Source: a candidate division WOR-3 bacterium (lineage in GTDB: Bacteria; Hydrothermota; Tepidihabitantia; Tepidihabitantales; Tepidihabitantaceae). From it: a stretch of 64,000 bases of DNA. This document shows positions 9,774-19,598 of the stretch, piece after piece. Every line of letters begins with the position of its first letter. The stretch's first letter is position 1. The DNA lies in contig CBFGJX010000006.1 of the NCBI GenBank assembly GCA_965649225.1, positions 1 through 64,000 on the forward strand. The letters are read 5' to 3'. The notes under the pieces are model-generated. The model worked only from the letters and a program-made list of their open reading frames with translations, was not told the DNA's origin and made no database searches. The position numbers and the translations under genes were made by a program.

Positions 9774-12700
9774 TGACACAACAGCCGCTCGAAATAGGCC
9801 CGAATCAGGTCCTCGTAGTCCTGCGGATAGCCCTGACGCAGAGAACGCAACAGTTCTTCCCGCAACAGACGGTTGCGCTCACCACGGTCTTCCGGCAACT
9901 TTGGTCGTACACCAGGCGTGTAGGGCCGGGCGGTTTCCGCCTCACGCTGCTCCTTCAGACCGCGCTGCCTCAGGCTGCGCTGCGCATCAAGCAGGTGAGA
10001 GAGAATCTGCTGCTGACGCTCGACCAGCTGGCGCGAGACGTTCAGATCGGCCAGATCCCGCTCGACGGCTTTCATTTCTTCAACCACCTGCTCCAGACTG
10101 GCCATCAGTCCCGGCTGTGAAGCACCGAGTGTCTGCATCATCTGTTCCAGCCGCTGGCGCAGCGCACTCTGCCGGGACAATGCTCGTGCAATCGCCTCAA
10201 GCTGGCTGGCACTCATCCCCCCCGGCATTGGTATCGGAATCCCGCCGGTTTCAGAGTTGATCCCCAGCTGTTCACCCGCCATCTGTGACAACTGCTCCAT
10301 CAATCCCTGCATCTCGCCCGAGGCACCACCGCCGCGCATCGCTGCGCCCAAGGCATCCAGCAGGGCCCGGGCGACGTTGTTCAGCGCCGTCCGAGCACGG
10401 ACCATTTGCGTCCGCGCCGCGGCGGTGTTGCCCTCATTCAGACTCCGCCCGGCGGCATCCATCGCATTGACCGCGCTGGCGAGTTCTTGTGCCATTCCCG
10501 GAGTCACTGTCAACGACCGGGTAGCCAGCGCTGCCAGCGACTCAGCCAGTACCCGTCCGCCATCCCGCAGCCCGGCCTGAAGTCGGGCCAGCCGTTCGGC
10601 CGATTCCCCGCTCGTCTCCAGTTGTTCCTGCTCCTGCGACAACATCAAAGCTTCCCGCGTCTGGGCCGCAAGCCGCTCAGCGACGTCGGCTGACCGCCGG
10701 CGCTTCAACTGCTCGGCCAGCGACTTGAGCCGATCCGCCGCACTGCGCATGTCAGCCGCAAGCGACTTGCCCTTGTCGGCGGCATTGCCGGACTGACCGG
10801 TCTGCATTTGCCGGGCCAGTTCACGCACTGCCTCAGCCAGTTCGGCCGCCGTCAGCTCATCAAGCAGTTGGCCGAGTGAATCGGCAATGACGCTGTCAGA
10901 CAGCACGCTGGCCAATTCCCCCAGCCTGGCCTGCAGTGAATCAAACCCGGTCGCGATATCGTTTTGTCGTTCGGCGAGCGCCGGGCTGGTCTGTTTTTCC
11001 GACTGCCGGGCAACATCCTCCTGTGCCCGGGCCAGCTCATCAGCCCTGCGGGCAAGCTCATCCAACCGCTGCTCTTCGACAATTCGCTGCAGCAGCTCAA
11101 TCGCCCGTTCGATATTTGCCCGCAGGCGCTCCTGTTCGAACTGAAATTTCTCCAGCGCCTGCCACAACTCAGGTGCACTGGCCTCCAACCGTTCCCGCAA
11201 CTGTTCCAGTGTGCGCTGCAGCTCGCGGGGCAATACCTGACTCAAAAGCTGCTGAAGCTGCCCCAGCCGCTCCATCGTTTGGCTGTCAAATACCAGACTG
11301 CCACTCAGTTCCTCGGCCAGGTTCGCCACCTCCTGCTGGAGCTCGGCGACCTGCTGCATCAGACCTTCCTGTTGCGCCAGCGCACCGGACAACGCCTGTC
11401 GCTCATCCCACGACAACTCCCGGTTGCGGGCCAGTGCTTCCGCCGCGCGCTGAAACTCGGCGCTGACCTGCTCCTGTTCCTGCTGCAACGGAGCCAGCAT
11501 CTCTCCAGTCCGTTCCGCCTGTCGCACCGAGGCCGAGTAGATCTCGGCCATGGTCGGAAAGCGTACGGAGTACACATTGCTCATTCCGGTCTTGGTTCCG
11601 GAAACTTCATCGTTGTCGCTCGCTTCCGCGCGGTAACGCACAACTGAACCGGGCACCAGACCAACCCCTGACAGATCCCAGAAGTAGGCGAGTGTATCTT
11701 CCTGACCGGTTCGGCTCCGACCGAGTCGAACGACTTGATCGAGGCTGTCGATTCCCCAGCGCAGCCTGATGTCCCGGACTCCGAAATCGTCCAGAACGTT
11801 TATCACCAGACCGACTTTCATGCTCGCCGGCATCTCGATATCACGGCCCGGCACCAGCACTCGCACCAGTGGCGCTTCGTCGGGAATGGCCCTGACCCGC
11901 AACTCGGTCGCCATCACCTCGACACTGCGCTCGGCGAGAAGGATCGTGCCGACGCCGTCAGCCATTACGCGAAAACTGCCCTGCAGCGAAACGCTGTCAC
12001 TGTCCAGTGCAATAGCGGTCGTTTCTGCACCCAGCACCAATCGCGCTCCGGCAATTTTTCGATTGGCCAGGCCCCGGAATCTAATCGTCGTCCCCTTCAA
12101 TGCCCGGATTTCTGGCGAACTGGCACTGTAACCGGCAAGCTTTGAATACGACGGGAACTGGTACTCGAACTCGATTCCGCGCAGTGCCAGTGGTTCGATG
12201 ATGCCAACGTACCGCTCCTCTGACTTCACCCCGAGCACTTCGAACCGATACCGGAACTCTTCCTGCACCGGCAAGGTGATGACGCAACTGTCGCCGGTCA
12301 GACCGTAGACCCTTGTCACCTCACGCGGTTGGTTTTTGGCGGCTGAGCGCTCTCCGGCAGCGTGCCAGCGCCGCCCGGCGACCATTTTCAACCTGACCCG
12401 GCGAAATATCCCGCGAGGTTCGACCCGACAGACCAGCCGAACCGGTTCGCCCCGCGTTACCGCGGTATCACTGGCGAGTGCCTTCACCATCACAACCGAC
12501 TCTGGCCGGCCAAGCAGATTGGCCACCCCGACCTGCATTCGGGTTGGCGCAATCAGCCACAACGCTGCCCCGGCCAGAACAACAGCCAGCACAAACCCCA
12601 ACCCGCTGAACAGTCGCCGCCAGCTGACCAACGGCCAGAGTCTGATCCCGGCGATTGCGGCATCAGCATCGTGCAATGCGGCGGCCACAAGTTCGGCCGA

Positions 12701-13054
12701 ATACCCCTCCCGTCCCGTCAGGTTCAACCGGGCAAGTTCCAGCGCTGGCATGACCCGACCGCGCAACTGCGGCCGGCAAGCTTCCAGTCCAGCTGCAACA
12801 GCCCGAACCCTGCAATCGGCAAACCAGCGCCAAGCCAGCCACACTATGACCGGTACAACAACTGCGGCCACGGCCCGGTGCAGTAACAGCACTGCTGCAA
12901 AGACTGCGGCAAGACCGGCCGTTCCCAGTGACCAGAACAGAAGGGCAGAAACGACTGTCAGTCGGCGCTGCCACACCAGCCGGCCGACCGTCAGCTCCAG
13001 CAAGGTCTTCTGCCGTTTCATCGCCGATTTTATTCTCAGACCCGACCGGGACAC
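9770..13054 (-). CDS. DUF4175-like membrane-anchored coiled-coil protein
   Basis: N-terminal TM helices, FPSYSKL, IPDEAPLV..DDFGV, YRAEASDND..G, long Q/E coiled coil, C-terminal YPQDYEDLIRAYF. Confidence 0.75.
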   Translation of the reverse strand: MSRSGLRIKSAMKRQKTLLELTVGRLVWQRRLTVVSALLFWSLGTAGLAAVFAAVLLLHRAVAAVVVPVIVWLAWRWFADCRVRAVAAGLEACRPQLRGRVMPALELARLNLTGREGYSAELVAAALHDADAAIAGIRLWPLVSWRRLFSGLGFVLAVVLAGAALWLIAPTRMQVGVANLLGRPESVVMVKALASDTAVTRGEPVRLVCRVEPRGIFRRVRLKMVAGRRWHAAGERSAAKNQPREVTRVYGLTGDSCVITLPVQEEFRYRFEVLGVKSEERYVGIIEPLALRGIEFEYQFPSYSKLAGYSASSPEIRALKGTTIRFRGLANRKIAGARLVLGAETTAIALDSDSVSLQGSFRVMADGVGTILLAERSVEVMATELRVRAIPDEAPLVRVLVPGRDIEMPASMKVGLVINVLDDFGVRDIRLRWGIDSLDQVVRLGRSRTGQEDTLAYFWDLSGVGLVPGSVVRYRAEASDNDEVSGTKTGMSNVYSVRFPTMAEIYSASVRQAERTGEMLAPLQQEQEQVSAEFQRAAEALARNRELSWDERQALSGALAQQEGLMQQVAELQQEVANLAEELSGSLVFDSQTMERLGQLQQLLSQVLPRELQRTLEQLRERLEASAPELWQALEKFQFEQERLRANIERAIELLQRIVEEQRLDELARRADELARAQEDVARQSEKQTSPALAERQNDIATGFDSLQARLGELASVLSDSVIADSLGQLLDELTAAELAEAVRELARQMQTGQSGNAADKGKSLAADMRSAADRLKSLAEQLKRRRSADVAERLAAQTREALMLSQEQEQLETSGESAERLARLQAGLRDGGRVLAESLAALATRSLTVTPGMAQELASAVNAMDAAGRSLNEGNTAAARTQMVRARTALNNVARALLDALGAAMRGGGASGEMQGLMEQLSQMAGEQLGINSETGGIPIPMPGGMSASQLEAIARALSRQSALRQRLEQMMQTLGASQPGLMASLEQVVEEMKAVERDLADLNVSRQLVERQQQILSHLLDAQRSLRQRGLKEQREAETARPYTPGVRPKLPEDRGERNRLLREELLRSLRQGYPQDYEDLIRAYFERLLCQ

Positions 13055-13063
13055 AACGGTCGG

Positions 13064-14113
13064 TTAACTGTCAACCAAACGGTCCTCTCTCCGGCTCCAG
13101 AAGCCGTGTTTCTCTCTGTCCAATCGGGACTTCAACGGTCGCCACCAATCCGAGTTGGCAACGTACCATTGAACCGTCCGGGCCAGTCCGTCACTGATAG
13201 CGACCTGTGGGGTCCAGCCCAGTTCCCTAGCTACCCGGTCCGAAGCTAGTGCATAGCGGAAATCATGGCCCGGCCGGTCAGGGACAAACTCTATCTCGCT
13301 ATCGCCCTTTCCCATCAGGCTAACTACTCTTCGCGCCAGGTCGATGTTGCTCAACTCGTTGCCACCGCCAATGTTGTAAACAGCTCCAGCAACGCCAGCC
13401 TCCAGAACAAGCTGCACTGCCCGACAGCAGTCCTCGACGTAGAGCCAGTCACGGACATTCGCCCCCCGCCCGTAGACCGGTACCTTCAATCCTTCAATCA
13501 GATTGGTAATCATCAGCGGGATAAACTTCTCCGGATACTGATAGGGTCCATAGTTGTTTGACGGCCGTACAATACAGACCGGCAGCGAATGGGTGGCAAA
13601 GTACGCCTGCGCCAGCAGGTCGCCGGCAGCCTTCGACGCCGCATATGGTGAACGCGGATTGAGCGGCGTCGACTCGGTAAACCGCCCTTCCGAACCGAGC
13701 GAGCCGTAAACTTCATCGGTCGAGACGTACACAAAGCGGCCAATACCGTGACGCAGTGCTGCTGCCAGCAGTACCTGCGTGCCGAGAACATTGGTCCGTA
13801 CGAATTCCTGGCTGCTGATAATCGACCGGTCGACATGACTCTCGGCGGCGAAGTGAACGATGGCATCCGTCCCGCTGGCAACCTGGTTGACGACATCAGC
13901 ATCGCAGATATCTCCCTGAACGAAACGGTAGTGTGGACTAGACGCGAGATCGGCTAGATTCGCCGGATTTCCGGCATAAGTGAGCTTATCCAGATTGACA
14001 AGCTGCCAGTCGGGTCTGGTCGTCAGCAGCAGCCGGATGAAATTCGATCCGATGAAGCCACAGCCGCCGGTTACCAGCACAGTCTGTGGTCGAGCAGCGT
14101 TTGGTGGTGTCAC
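13064..14113 (-). CDS. rfbB: dTDP-glucose 4,6-dehydratase
   Basis: TGGCGFIGSN, DKLTYAGN, HFAAESHVDRSI, STDEVYG, SPYAASKA, DRPGHDFRYA. Confidence 0.96.
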   Translation of the reverse strand: MTPPNAARPQTVLVTGGCGFIGSNFIRLLLTTRPDWQLVNLDKLTYAGNPANLADLASSPHYRFVQGDICDADVVNQVASGTDAIVHFAAESHVDRSIISSQEFVRTNVLGTQVLLAAALRHGIGRFVYVSTDEVYGSLGSEGRFTESTPLNPRSPYAASKAAGDLLAQAYFATHSLPVCIVRPSNNYGPYQYPEKFIPLMITNLIEGLKVPVYGRGANVRDWLYVEDCCRAVQLVLEAGVAGAVYNIGGGNELSNIDLARRVVSLMGKGDSEIEFVPDRPGHDFRYALASDRVARELGWTPQVAISDGLARTVQWYVANSDWWRPLKSRLDREKHGFWSRREDRLVDS

Positions 14114-15078
14114 AATGCCATCTGCAGTTGCAGCAGCAGTTGATGCCGGGTTGACCGTGAAGCGGATTGTGGCGTAAGAATCCGCCGCAGATCGTAGTTC
14201 GCCATCAATCGCACTGCGTTGCCGTACAGTCCAACATTAGCTCCGGCAGTAAGACCGAAGACAACTGTCCGCCCGATATCGTAGCTCGCCTGGAGCCGAC
14301 CGACCGGCTCTAACCAGTCCAGCGCCCGGCAAGCAGACTGGAGATAACCGGCCGTAATCCGGTATTTGCCAATAATCGCCTGCTGCAGTTCGCCGGTTAG
14401 ATTCAGTCTTGGTCGCACCGCACCAAGCTCCAAGGCATAGTTGAGTTGCAACCCACCGTCCTGCCCGACCCGGGCGTAATAACTCCGACCTGCGACGAAA
14501 AACCCGGGTAGCAACGCCGGTCGGTAAACGACCCGGGCTCCAAGGTCTTTCCACTTATTGTCATCCTGCAGCCAGGTGGAACGGCCGGCGCCATTTACCA
14601 CCGCGAAACTGAACGCCATCGCCCCGCGGTCACGCATCAGCATGATACCGACGTCACGCGGGTCATAAGGTTTCCACGCCCCTTTGAGAATCGAGTATTC
14701 AATCAATTTCAGCCTGCCGGGCTCAGTTAATGCCTCACTGCCCAGTGGCGGGACAAACTGACCTGCACGCAGCACAAATTCGGCAGGCAAATCGACATCA
14801 GCATAGATATCCAACGCCCGTTCGTTCCAACCGGCGTCAAAACTCAACCGAAAACTGGCGCCAGGTACCGGCCGGATGGTAAGACCCACCGGTGCCCAGA
14901 AGCGGTAGAATGCGAAATCCATCCGCGTCAGCCCACGCTCCGTCACCCGTTCGCCCCTTGCATTGACCCAGATCAGCGCATCAAGACTGAGCTTGTCGCC
15001 AACCACCGCAACTTCCGCCGCAGCCGACCCGGCCAGCAAAACAACCAGCAACAGAATCCCGCGGCACCATCGATTCAC
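14110..15078 (-). CDS. Porin (phosphate-selective porin O/P-like beta-barrel)
   Basis: Signal peptide, LRAGQFVPPLG, RDVGIM, NGAG..DDNKWKD, amphipathic last strand LLLQLQMAL; GGAGG 7 nt before GTG 15078. Confidence 0.7.
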   Translation of the reverse strand: MNRWCRGILLLVVLLAGSAAAEVAVVGDKLSLDALIWVNARGERVTERGLTRMDFAFYRFWAPVGLTIRPVPGASFRLSFDAGWNERALDIYADVDLPAEFVLRAGQFVPPLGSEALTEPGRLKLIEYSILKGAWKPYDPRDVGIMLMRDRGAMAFSFAVVNGAGRSTWLQDDNKWKDLGARVVYRPALLPGFFVAGRSYYARVGQDGGLQLNYALELGAVRPRLNLTGELQQAIIGKYRITAGYLQSACRALDWLEPVGRLQASYDIGRTVVFGLTAGANVGLYGNAVRLMANYDLRRILTPQSASRSTRHQLLLQLQMAL

Positions 15079-15120
15079 CACAACGCCTCCCGTCTGCGGC
15101 TGACAGCACCACCGCTGCAT

Positions 15121-15148
15121 TTGACTGGATGCACCAGACCGCTAGACT
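15121..15148 (+). promoter_or_regulatory. Promoter TTGACT-16-TAGACT for the GT4 gene at 15213
   Basis: Direct motif match. Confidence 0.5.
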
Positions 15149-15212
15149 GCCAGGGCCGTCCGATACCATCTGACGGACCTACTCGCATCATCATGGAAGT
15201 CTACCACTTGAC

Positions 15213-16349
15213 ATGTCAAGAGCAAGACCTGAACTGCTGATTGCTGTCAAAGGCTACTGGCCCCATATTGGTGGCGTTGAAGAAGCCGCCCGTCGGCTTG
15301 CCGATGGTGTCGCAGCGTCCGGCGCCCTGACAGTCACAGTCCTCGCGGTCAGTGACGACCGTCAGGGCTGTGACCTGGTCAATAACGGTGTCAGAGTCAT
15401 CAAACTGCCTTTGCTGATGCGGCCGCTTTCGACCCCGTTCGCGGCCGGTTACTCCCGCACACTGCGTCGTCTTGCCGAATCGGCGGACGTCATTCATCTC
15501 CATTCACCCTGGCCGCCCGGTGAGTTGGCGGTGCTGGACCGCCGAATCAGGAAACCGTTGGTAGTTACCTGGCACTTTGACATCGTGAGACAACGCTTCG
15601 TTGCACCGCTTTACCGCCCACTCGCTGATGGCTTGTTTGAACGCAGCCACCGAATAGTCTGCTCCAATCCCAATCTGCCGGCAACCTCCCCGTGGCTTGC
15701 CCACTACAACGACCGGGTAACGGTAATTCCGTTCGGGGTCGACGCAGCCCGTTGGGACTTGAAACCCGGCGAGGACGAACAGATCCGACTGATTCGCCAA
15801 TCTCATCGTCGTCCGCTGGTGCTTTTTGTCGGTCGGCTGGTTTATTACAAAGGAATCGATATCCTGCTGCATGCGGCAAGCAAAATTGACATCGACCTCG
15901 CCATCGTCGGCAGCGGTCCCCTGCGCGAAAAACTACAGAAACTTACCCACACTCTGTCGATATCTGATCGGGTGAGTTTTCTTGGCTCACTTCCGGATAC
16001 CGAGCTCCGCTGTCACTACCATGCCTGCGACCTTTTCGTTTTGCCCTCCGTCGCCCGGTCCGAGGCCTTTGGCTTGGTGCTCCTTGAGGCAATGTGCGCC
16101 GGCAAGCCGCTGGTCACCACTGAGCTCGGTACCGGAACCTCATGGATCAACCAACACGACCAGACCGGACTGGTTGTCCCGGCTGGTGACCCGTCGGCAC
16201 TCGCCAATGCTATTGAACGGATTGTCGGCGATGAAAACCTTGCCCGGCGCTACGGTTCGGCGGCGCGGGAACGGGTCCTGTCAGTCTTCAATGAACAGCA
16301 GTACACTGATAGCCACCTGACGCTGTATCGTTCGTTGATAGCCGGCTGA
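15213..16349 (+). CDS. Glycosyltransferase family 4
   Basis: PHIGGVE, FVGRLVYYKG, SEAFGLVLLEAM (EX7E). Confidence 0.93.
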   Translation: MSRARPELLIAVKGYWPHIGGVEEAARRLADGVAASGALTVTVLAVSDDRQGCDLVNNGVRVIKLPLLMRPLSTPFAAGYSRTLRRLAESADVIHLHSPWPPGELAVLDRRIRKPLVVTWHFDIVRQRFVAPLYRPLADGLFERSHRIVCSNPNLPATSPWLAHYNDRVTVIPFGVDAARWDLKPGEDEQIRLIRQSHRRPLVLFVGRLVYYKGIDILLHAASKIDIDLAIVGSGPLREKLQKLTHTLSISDRVSFLGSLPDTELRCHYHACDLFVLPSVARSEAFGLVLLEAMCAGKPLVTTELGTGTSWINQHDQTGLVVPAGDPSALANAIERIVGDENLARRYGSAARERVLSVFNEQQYTDSHLTLYRSLIAG

Positions 16350-16366
16350 GCCGGCCGGCAGCACAG

Positions 16367-17479
16367 CTAGCTCCTGCGCACGGTCAAGGCTTGGTAAAGA
16401 TCAACGTGCTGGCCGGCGATGCTGTCCCAGTCAAAAAGCACCCCCAGCGCTCGGGCACCACGAGCGAGGGCTGCCCGCAGTTCCGGTTTCGCGTACAGAT
16501 TCAACAGCTGCTGGGCAATGTCGTCCGGCTCACCGGCAAACAGAATGTTCTCTTGGTGACGCAACTCGGCCGGTGTATCCGGACCGGCCAAAGTCACGAC
16601 TGGCAGTCCCAGCCGCAGGGCTGCAATCAGCGTGCCGCGCCGAAAGGTCGCACCATCCCGAAACGGCAGCACCACCCCGCAGGCCCGGCTGAGCAGTTCA
16701 ACAACGTCGTCACCGGCAAGGTCAAAACAGAAACTCACTCGGTCAGCGATACCAAGTTCCTGCGCCATTCTTTTCAGCCCTGCGATGTAGCCTTTATCCT
16801 TCTCCCGTCGTGCTCCAACCAGTTGCAGCCTGAGTTCCCGTTCCTGCTCCAACGCTGTGGCGAAGCCGGCGAGCAGCAATTCGATACCCTTACCGGCATG
16901 AAACATCCCCCAATAGCAAAACAGTTTAGGATCGTAACCATAGTCTGTACGGGCTGGCAACAGGTCAGGGAGATTGGAACCAATCGGGATCGCGACTGTC
17001 CGGCGCAACGAAGGAAACAACCAGCCTAGTCGCTGCCTGACATGACGACTTTCCTCAGTCGTCGTGAAAACTACTGCATCGGCACTGGCAAGCAGCAGCC
17101 ATTCACTCATCCGCCGCAGTCGATGAGCCTGTTTGTACTCATGCAGCGTGAGCACCAGCGGAGCATTGAATCGGGCAACCTGATGAAAGAACACATGGGG
17201 CCCCAGCGAGTAGCCGTAACCAAGTCCAGGATACTGAAGATGTATTATGTCGGGCCGAAACTCTGCCACCGCAGCACACAGCCTGTCTGTCTCTCTTACT
17301 CCCCAGCTGTCAGTGACGGCGATAACCGAAACTCCCTCCGGACGGCTGATTGGCCACCGTCTGGTCAGAACCGCTGTTTCAACCCCGCGTCGGGACAATG
17401 CCTCCATCAGTCTGGCGGTATAGTCACCGATCCCACATGGCTCCTGGGGAAAAGAACCGGCGACCTGCAATACTCTCAA
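16367..17479 (-). CDS. Glycosyltransferase family 4 (atypical C-terminal motif)
   Basis: CGIGDYT, IIHLQYP, TLHE, GKGIE, LPFRDGATFRRGTLIAAL. Confidence 0.88.
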   Translation of the reverse strand: MRVLQVAGSFPQEPCGIGDYTARLMEALSRRGVETAVLTRRWPISRPEGVSVIAVTDSWGVRETDRLCAAVAEFRPDIIHLQYPGLGYGYSLGPHVFFHQVARFNAPLVLTLHEYKQAHRLRRMSEWLLLASADAVVFTTTEESRHVRQRLGWLFPSLRRTVAIPIGSNLPDLLPARTDYGYDPKLFCYWGMFHAGKGIELLLAGFATALEQERELRLQLVGARREKDKGYIAGLKRMAQELGIADRVSFCFDLAGDDVVELLSRACGVVLPFRDGATFRRGTLIAALRLGLPVVTLAGPDTPAELRHQENILFAGEPDDIAQQLLNLYAKPELRAALARGARALGVLFDWDSIAGQHVDLYQALTVRRS

Positions 17480-18597
17480 ACCAGACCCCTTATTATTCTG
17501 GCGATTTCTCTTCCGGCATTTTCCCAGGAGAATTCGCGCGCGCGCAGCCGACCAAGCTCGACGAGATGCCGGGCATGTACTCTGTCGTCAAGAATCCTGA
17601 CCACTGCCCGACGCAATGCATCGGCATCATTGATTGGCACGATCTCGGCTGCATCGCCGGCAACCTCCGGCAGACAGCTGACGTCGAAGGTTACAACCGG
17701 TGTTCCCAGCGCCATCGCCTCGAGGATCGGCAAACCGAATCCCTCATAGAGGCTTGAGTAGACAAGCATCTCGGCGCTGCGATATAACCCACTGAGTGTC
17801 TTGTCGTCAACATAGCCGACAAACCTTACCTGACTGTCGATTTTCTCGTTGGAACACGTCGTCTGCAGTCCAGGCAGGTAACGTCGGTCATGCTTGCCCA
17901 CTATTACCAGACTGAGTTCCCGGCGTTCACGCAGAACCGGTGCCAGCTCGGTCAGAAGATACTGCAGGTTCTTGCGCGGGGACAGCTCGCTGGCGACACA
18001 CAACAGGAACTTTTCGATACCGAACTTTTCCCTGACCGCCTCCGGGGCAAGCTGATCACAGTTGTCGAGAAACGTGCTCTCGTAGACAACGTGAACATGC
18101 TGCGGATTGACGCCGTAAATCCGGACGACCTCCGCCTTCGTGAAATCCGAAACGCAGATTACCGCTGCCGCAGTATCCAGCAACCGAGGAACGGCGACCC
18201 GAAAGTACCATGCAAGCCGCGGGTAGAAACTGGGAAAAACGATCGGACTCAGGTCATGCACTACCAGCACCTGACGCGGACCGCGGCCGATGAAACCCTC
18301 CGGCACGGTTGAAAACACCAGATTGATCCGATTTCGGCGAGCAATGGCAGGAAGACGAAACTGCAGCCAGCCCCAACGACTCAGATGGCCGGACCGCCCG
18401 CGCGAAGGTCTGACTCGGTCGCTGATGACTCTCACACGGGATGAATCGATTCTCAACCCGTCCGGGCAGGACGTAAAAATGATGCTGTCGTCAAAGTGTC
18501 GGCCAACCTCATTGGCAATTCGGATCGTGTAGCGTCCAAGACCGCTGGGCTGCGGGTCCAGAATCGTAGCGTTGATGCCGAGTCGCAGCTGGCTCAT
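17476..18597 (-). CDS. Glycosyltransferase family 4
   Basis: SGLGRY, VHDL, PRKN, SLYEGFGLPILEAMA. Confidence 0.93.
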   Translation of the reverse strand: MSQLRLGINATILDPQPSGLGRYTIRIANEVGRHFDDSIIFTSCPDGLRIDSSRVRVISDRVRPSRGRSGHLSRWGWLQFRLPAIARRNRINLVFSTVPEGFIGRGPRQVLVVHDLSPIVFPSFYPRLAWYFRVAVPRLLDTAAAVICVSDFTKAEVVRIYGVNPQHVHVVYESTFLDNCDQLAPEAVREKFGIEKFLLCVASELSPRKNLQYLLTELAPVLRERRELSLVIVGKHDRRYLPGLQTTCSNEKIDSQVRFVGYVDDKTLSGLYRSAEMLVYSSLYEGFGLPILEAMALGTPVVTFDVSCLPEVAGDAAEIVPINDADALRRAVVRILDDRVHARHLVELGRLRAREFSWENAGREIARIIRGLV

Positions 18598-19496
18598 CTG
18601 AGGTGCCGCCGAAGTACTTGAGTGGCCGGCTTCATCGAATAGTCGGCCCTGATAACGCCAAAGGTCCGCTCTCGCGCTGGCACTGCAGCTTCAGTGAAAT
18701 CCATCAGGGTCCAGAAACGAAAACCGAGTTTCATTTCTCTCAAAACACTCAACGTCGAATCAAAAACCGCGGCTTGCCTCTCCTCGCCGCCTTCATCACT
18801 GGTAGGAAACCCGAACTCACTTACGACCAAGACCGGTCCGGCGTCAGACTTCAGCCCGTCGATCAGACTCGGCAGACTCTCGGGCGGACCGTAATAGGAC
18901 AGCGCGAACACATCGACCTTGTTGCGAAGCGTCCTGACAAATCGCGACGCCTCAAGCCCGCGCCGGCCACCGGCAGTCAGTTCCACCTCAATTGGGTGAA
19001 TAGTGTCGACCCGGCGTATTCGTGCTATGACGCTTTCAGCCCAGACCACTGTGGCTGATTCTTCACCGGTGAACACATTGATCTCATTTCTTATGCCCCA
19101 GAGACATACCCTTCGGTCGGCTTTGAACCGTCCGATGACCGAATCGAGATACTCGGCATGCTCGGGCCAATGTTCGAACGAATGATCGGGGACAAGATCA
19201 AAAAGGGTGAAAACAACTCCGAGACCGGCACCATCAGCAAGCGCAACAAAGTCAGCCATCCGATCAAGTGTTTGAGAGTTCACCCCACCGCCCCGGGTCG
19301 GCATCACTGCTGGAAAATGAACATACGTCTCAACCGCATTCAGACCCAGATCCCGCGCAAGAGCAAGCTCTTTGCCTATCACCGCACTGTCCCACACCAG
19401 CCACATCCGTTCCCAGGCATGACGGGATGGGTAGTAGTTCACGCCGTGCATATCATTGACGACCGCAGTGAAACCAAACACCAATACTGCCAGCAT
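18594..19496 (-). CDS. Clan GH-A (GH5/GH2-like) TIM-barrel glycoside hydrolase
   Basis: GVNYYP, LGLNAV, WGIRNEI (acid/base), VSEFG (nucleophile), FWTLMDF; hydrophobic N-terminus; CATAAT -10 box 7 nt before the ATG. Confidence 0.8.
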   Translation of the reverse strand: MLAVLVFGFTAVVNDMHGVNYYPSRHAWERMWLVWDSAVIGKELALARDLGLNAVETYVHFPAVMPTRGGGVNSQTLDRMADFVALADGAGLGVVFTLFDLVPDHSFEHWPEHAEYLDSVIGRFKADRRVCLWGIRNEINVFTGEESATVVWAESVIARIRRVDTIHPIEVELTAGGRRGLEASRFVRTLRNKVDVFALSYYGPPESLPSLIDGLKSDAGPVLVVSEFGFPTSDEGGEERQAAVFDSTLSVLREMKLGFRFWTLMDFTEAAVPARERTFGVIRADYSMKPATQVLRRHLR

Positions 19497-19503
19497 CTAG
19501 GTC

Positions 19504-19591
19504 ATTATGACGTTCAGTGCAGTCAGTCAAGCTCAACCTGACAACACAGGTTGTTCCTCCAAATTGACAACCCATCTAGCGAAAGCACAAT
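19504..19591. promoter_or_regulatory. Back-to-back divergent leaderless promoters
   Basis: Minus: TTGACT(19525-19530)-15-CATAAT(19504-19509)-7-ATG 19496. Plus: TTGACA(19564-19569)-16-CACAAT(19586-19591)-7-ATG 19599. Confidence 0.6.
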
Positions 19592-19598
19592 TGGCGCA

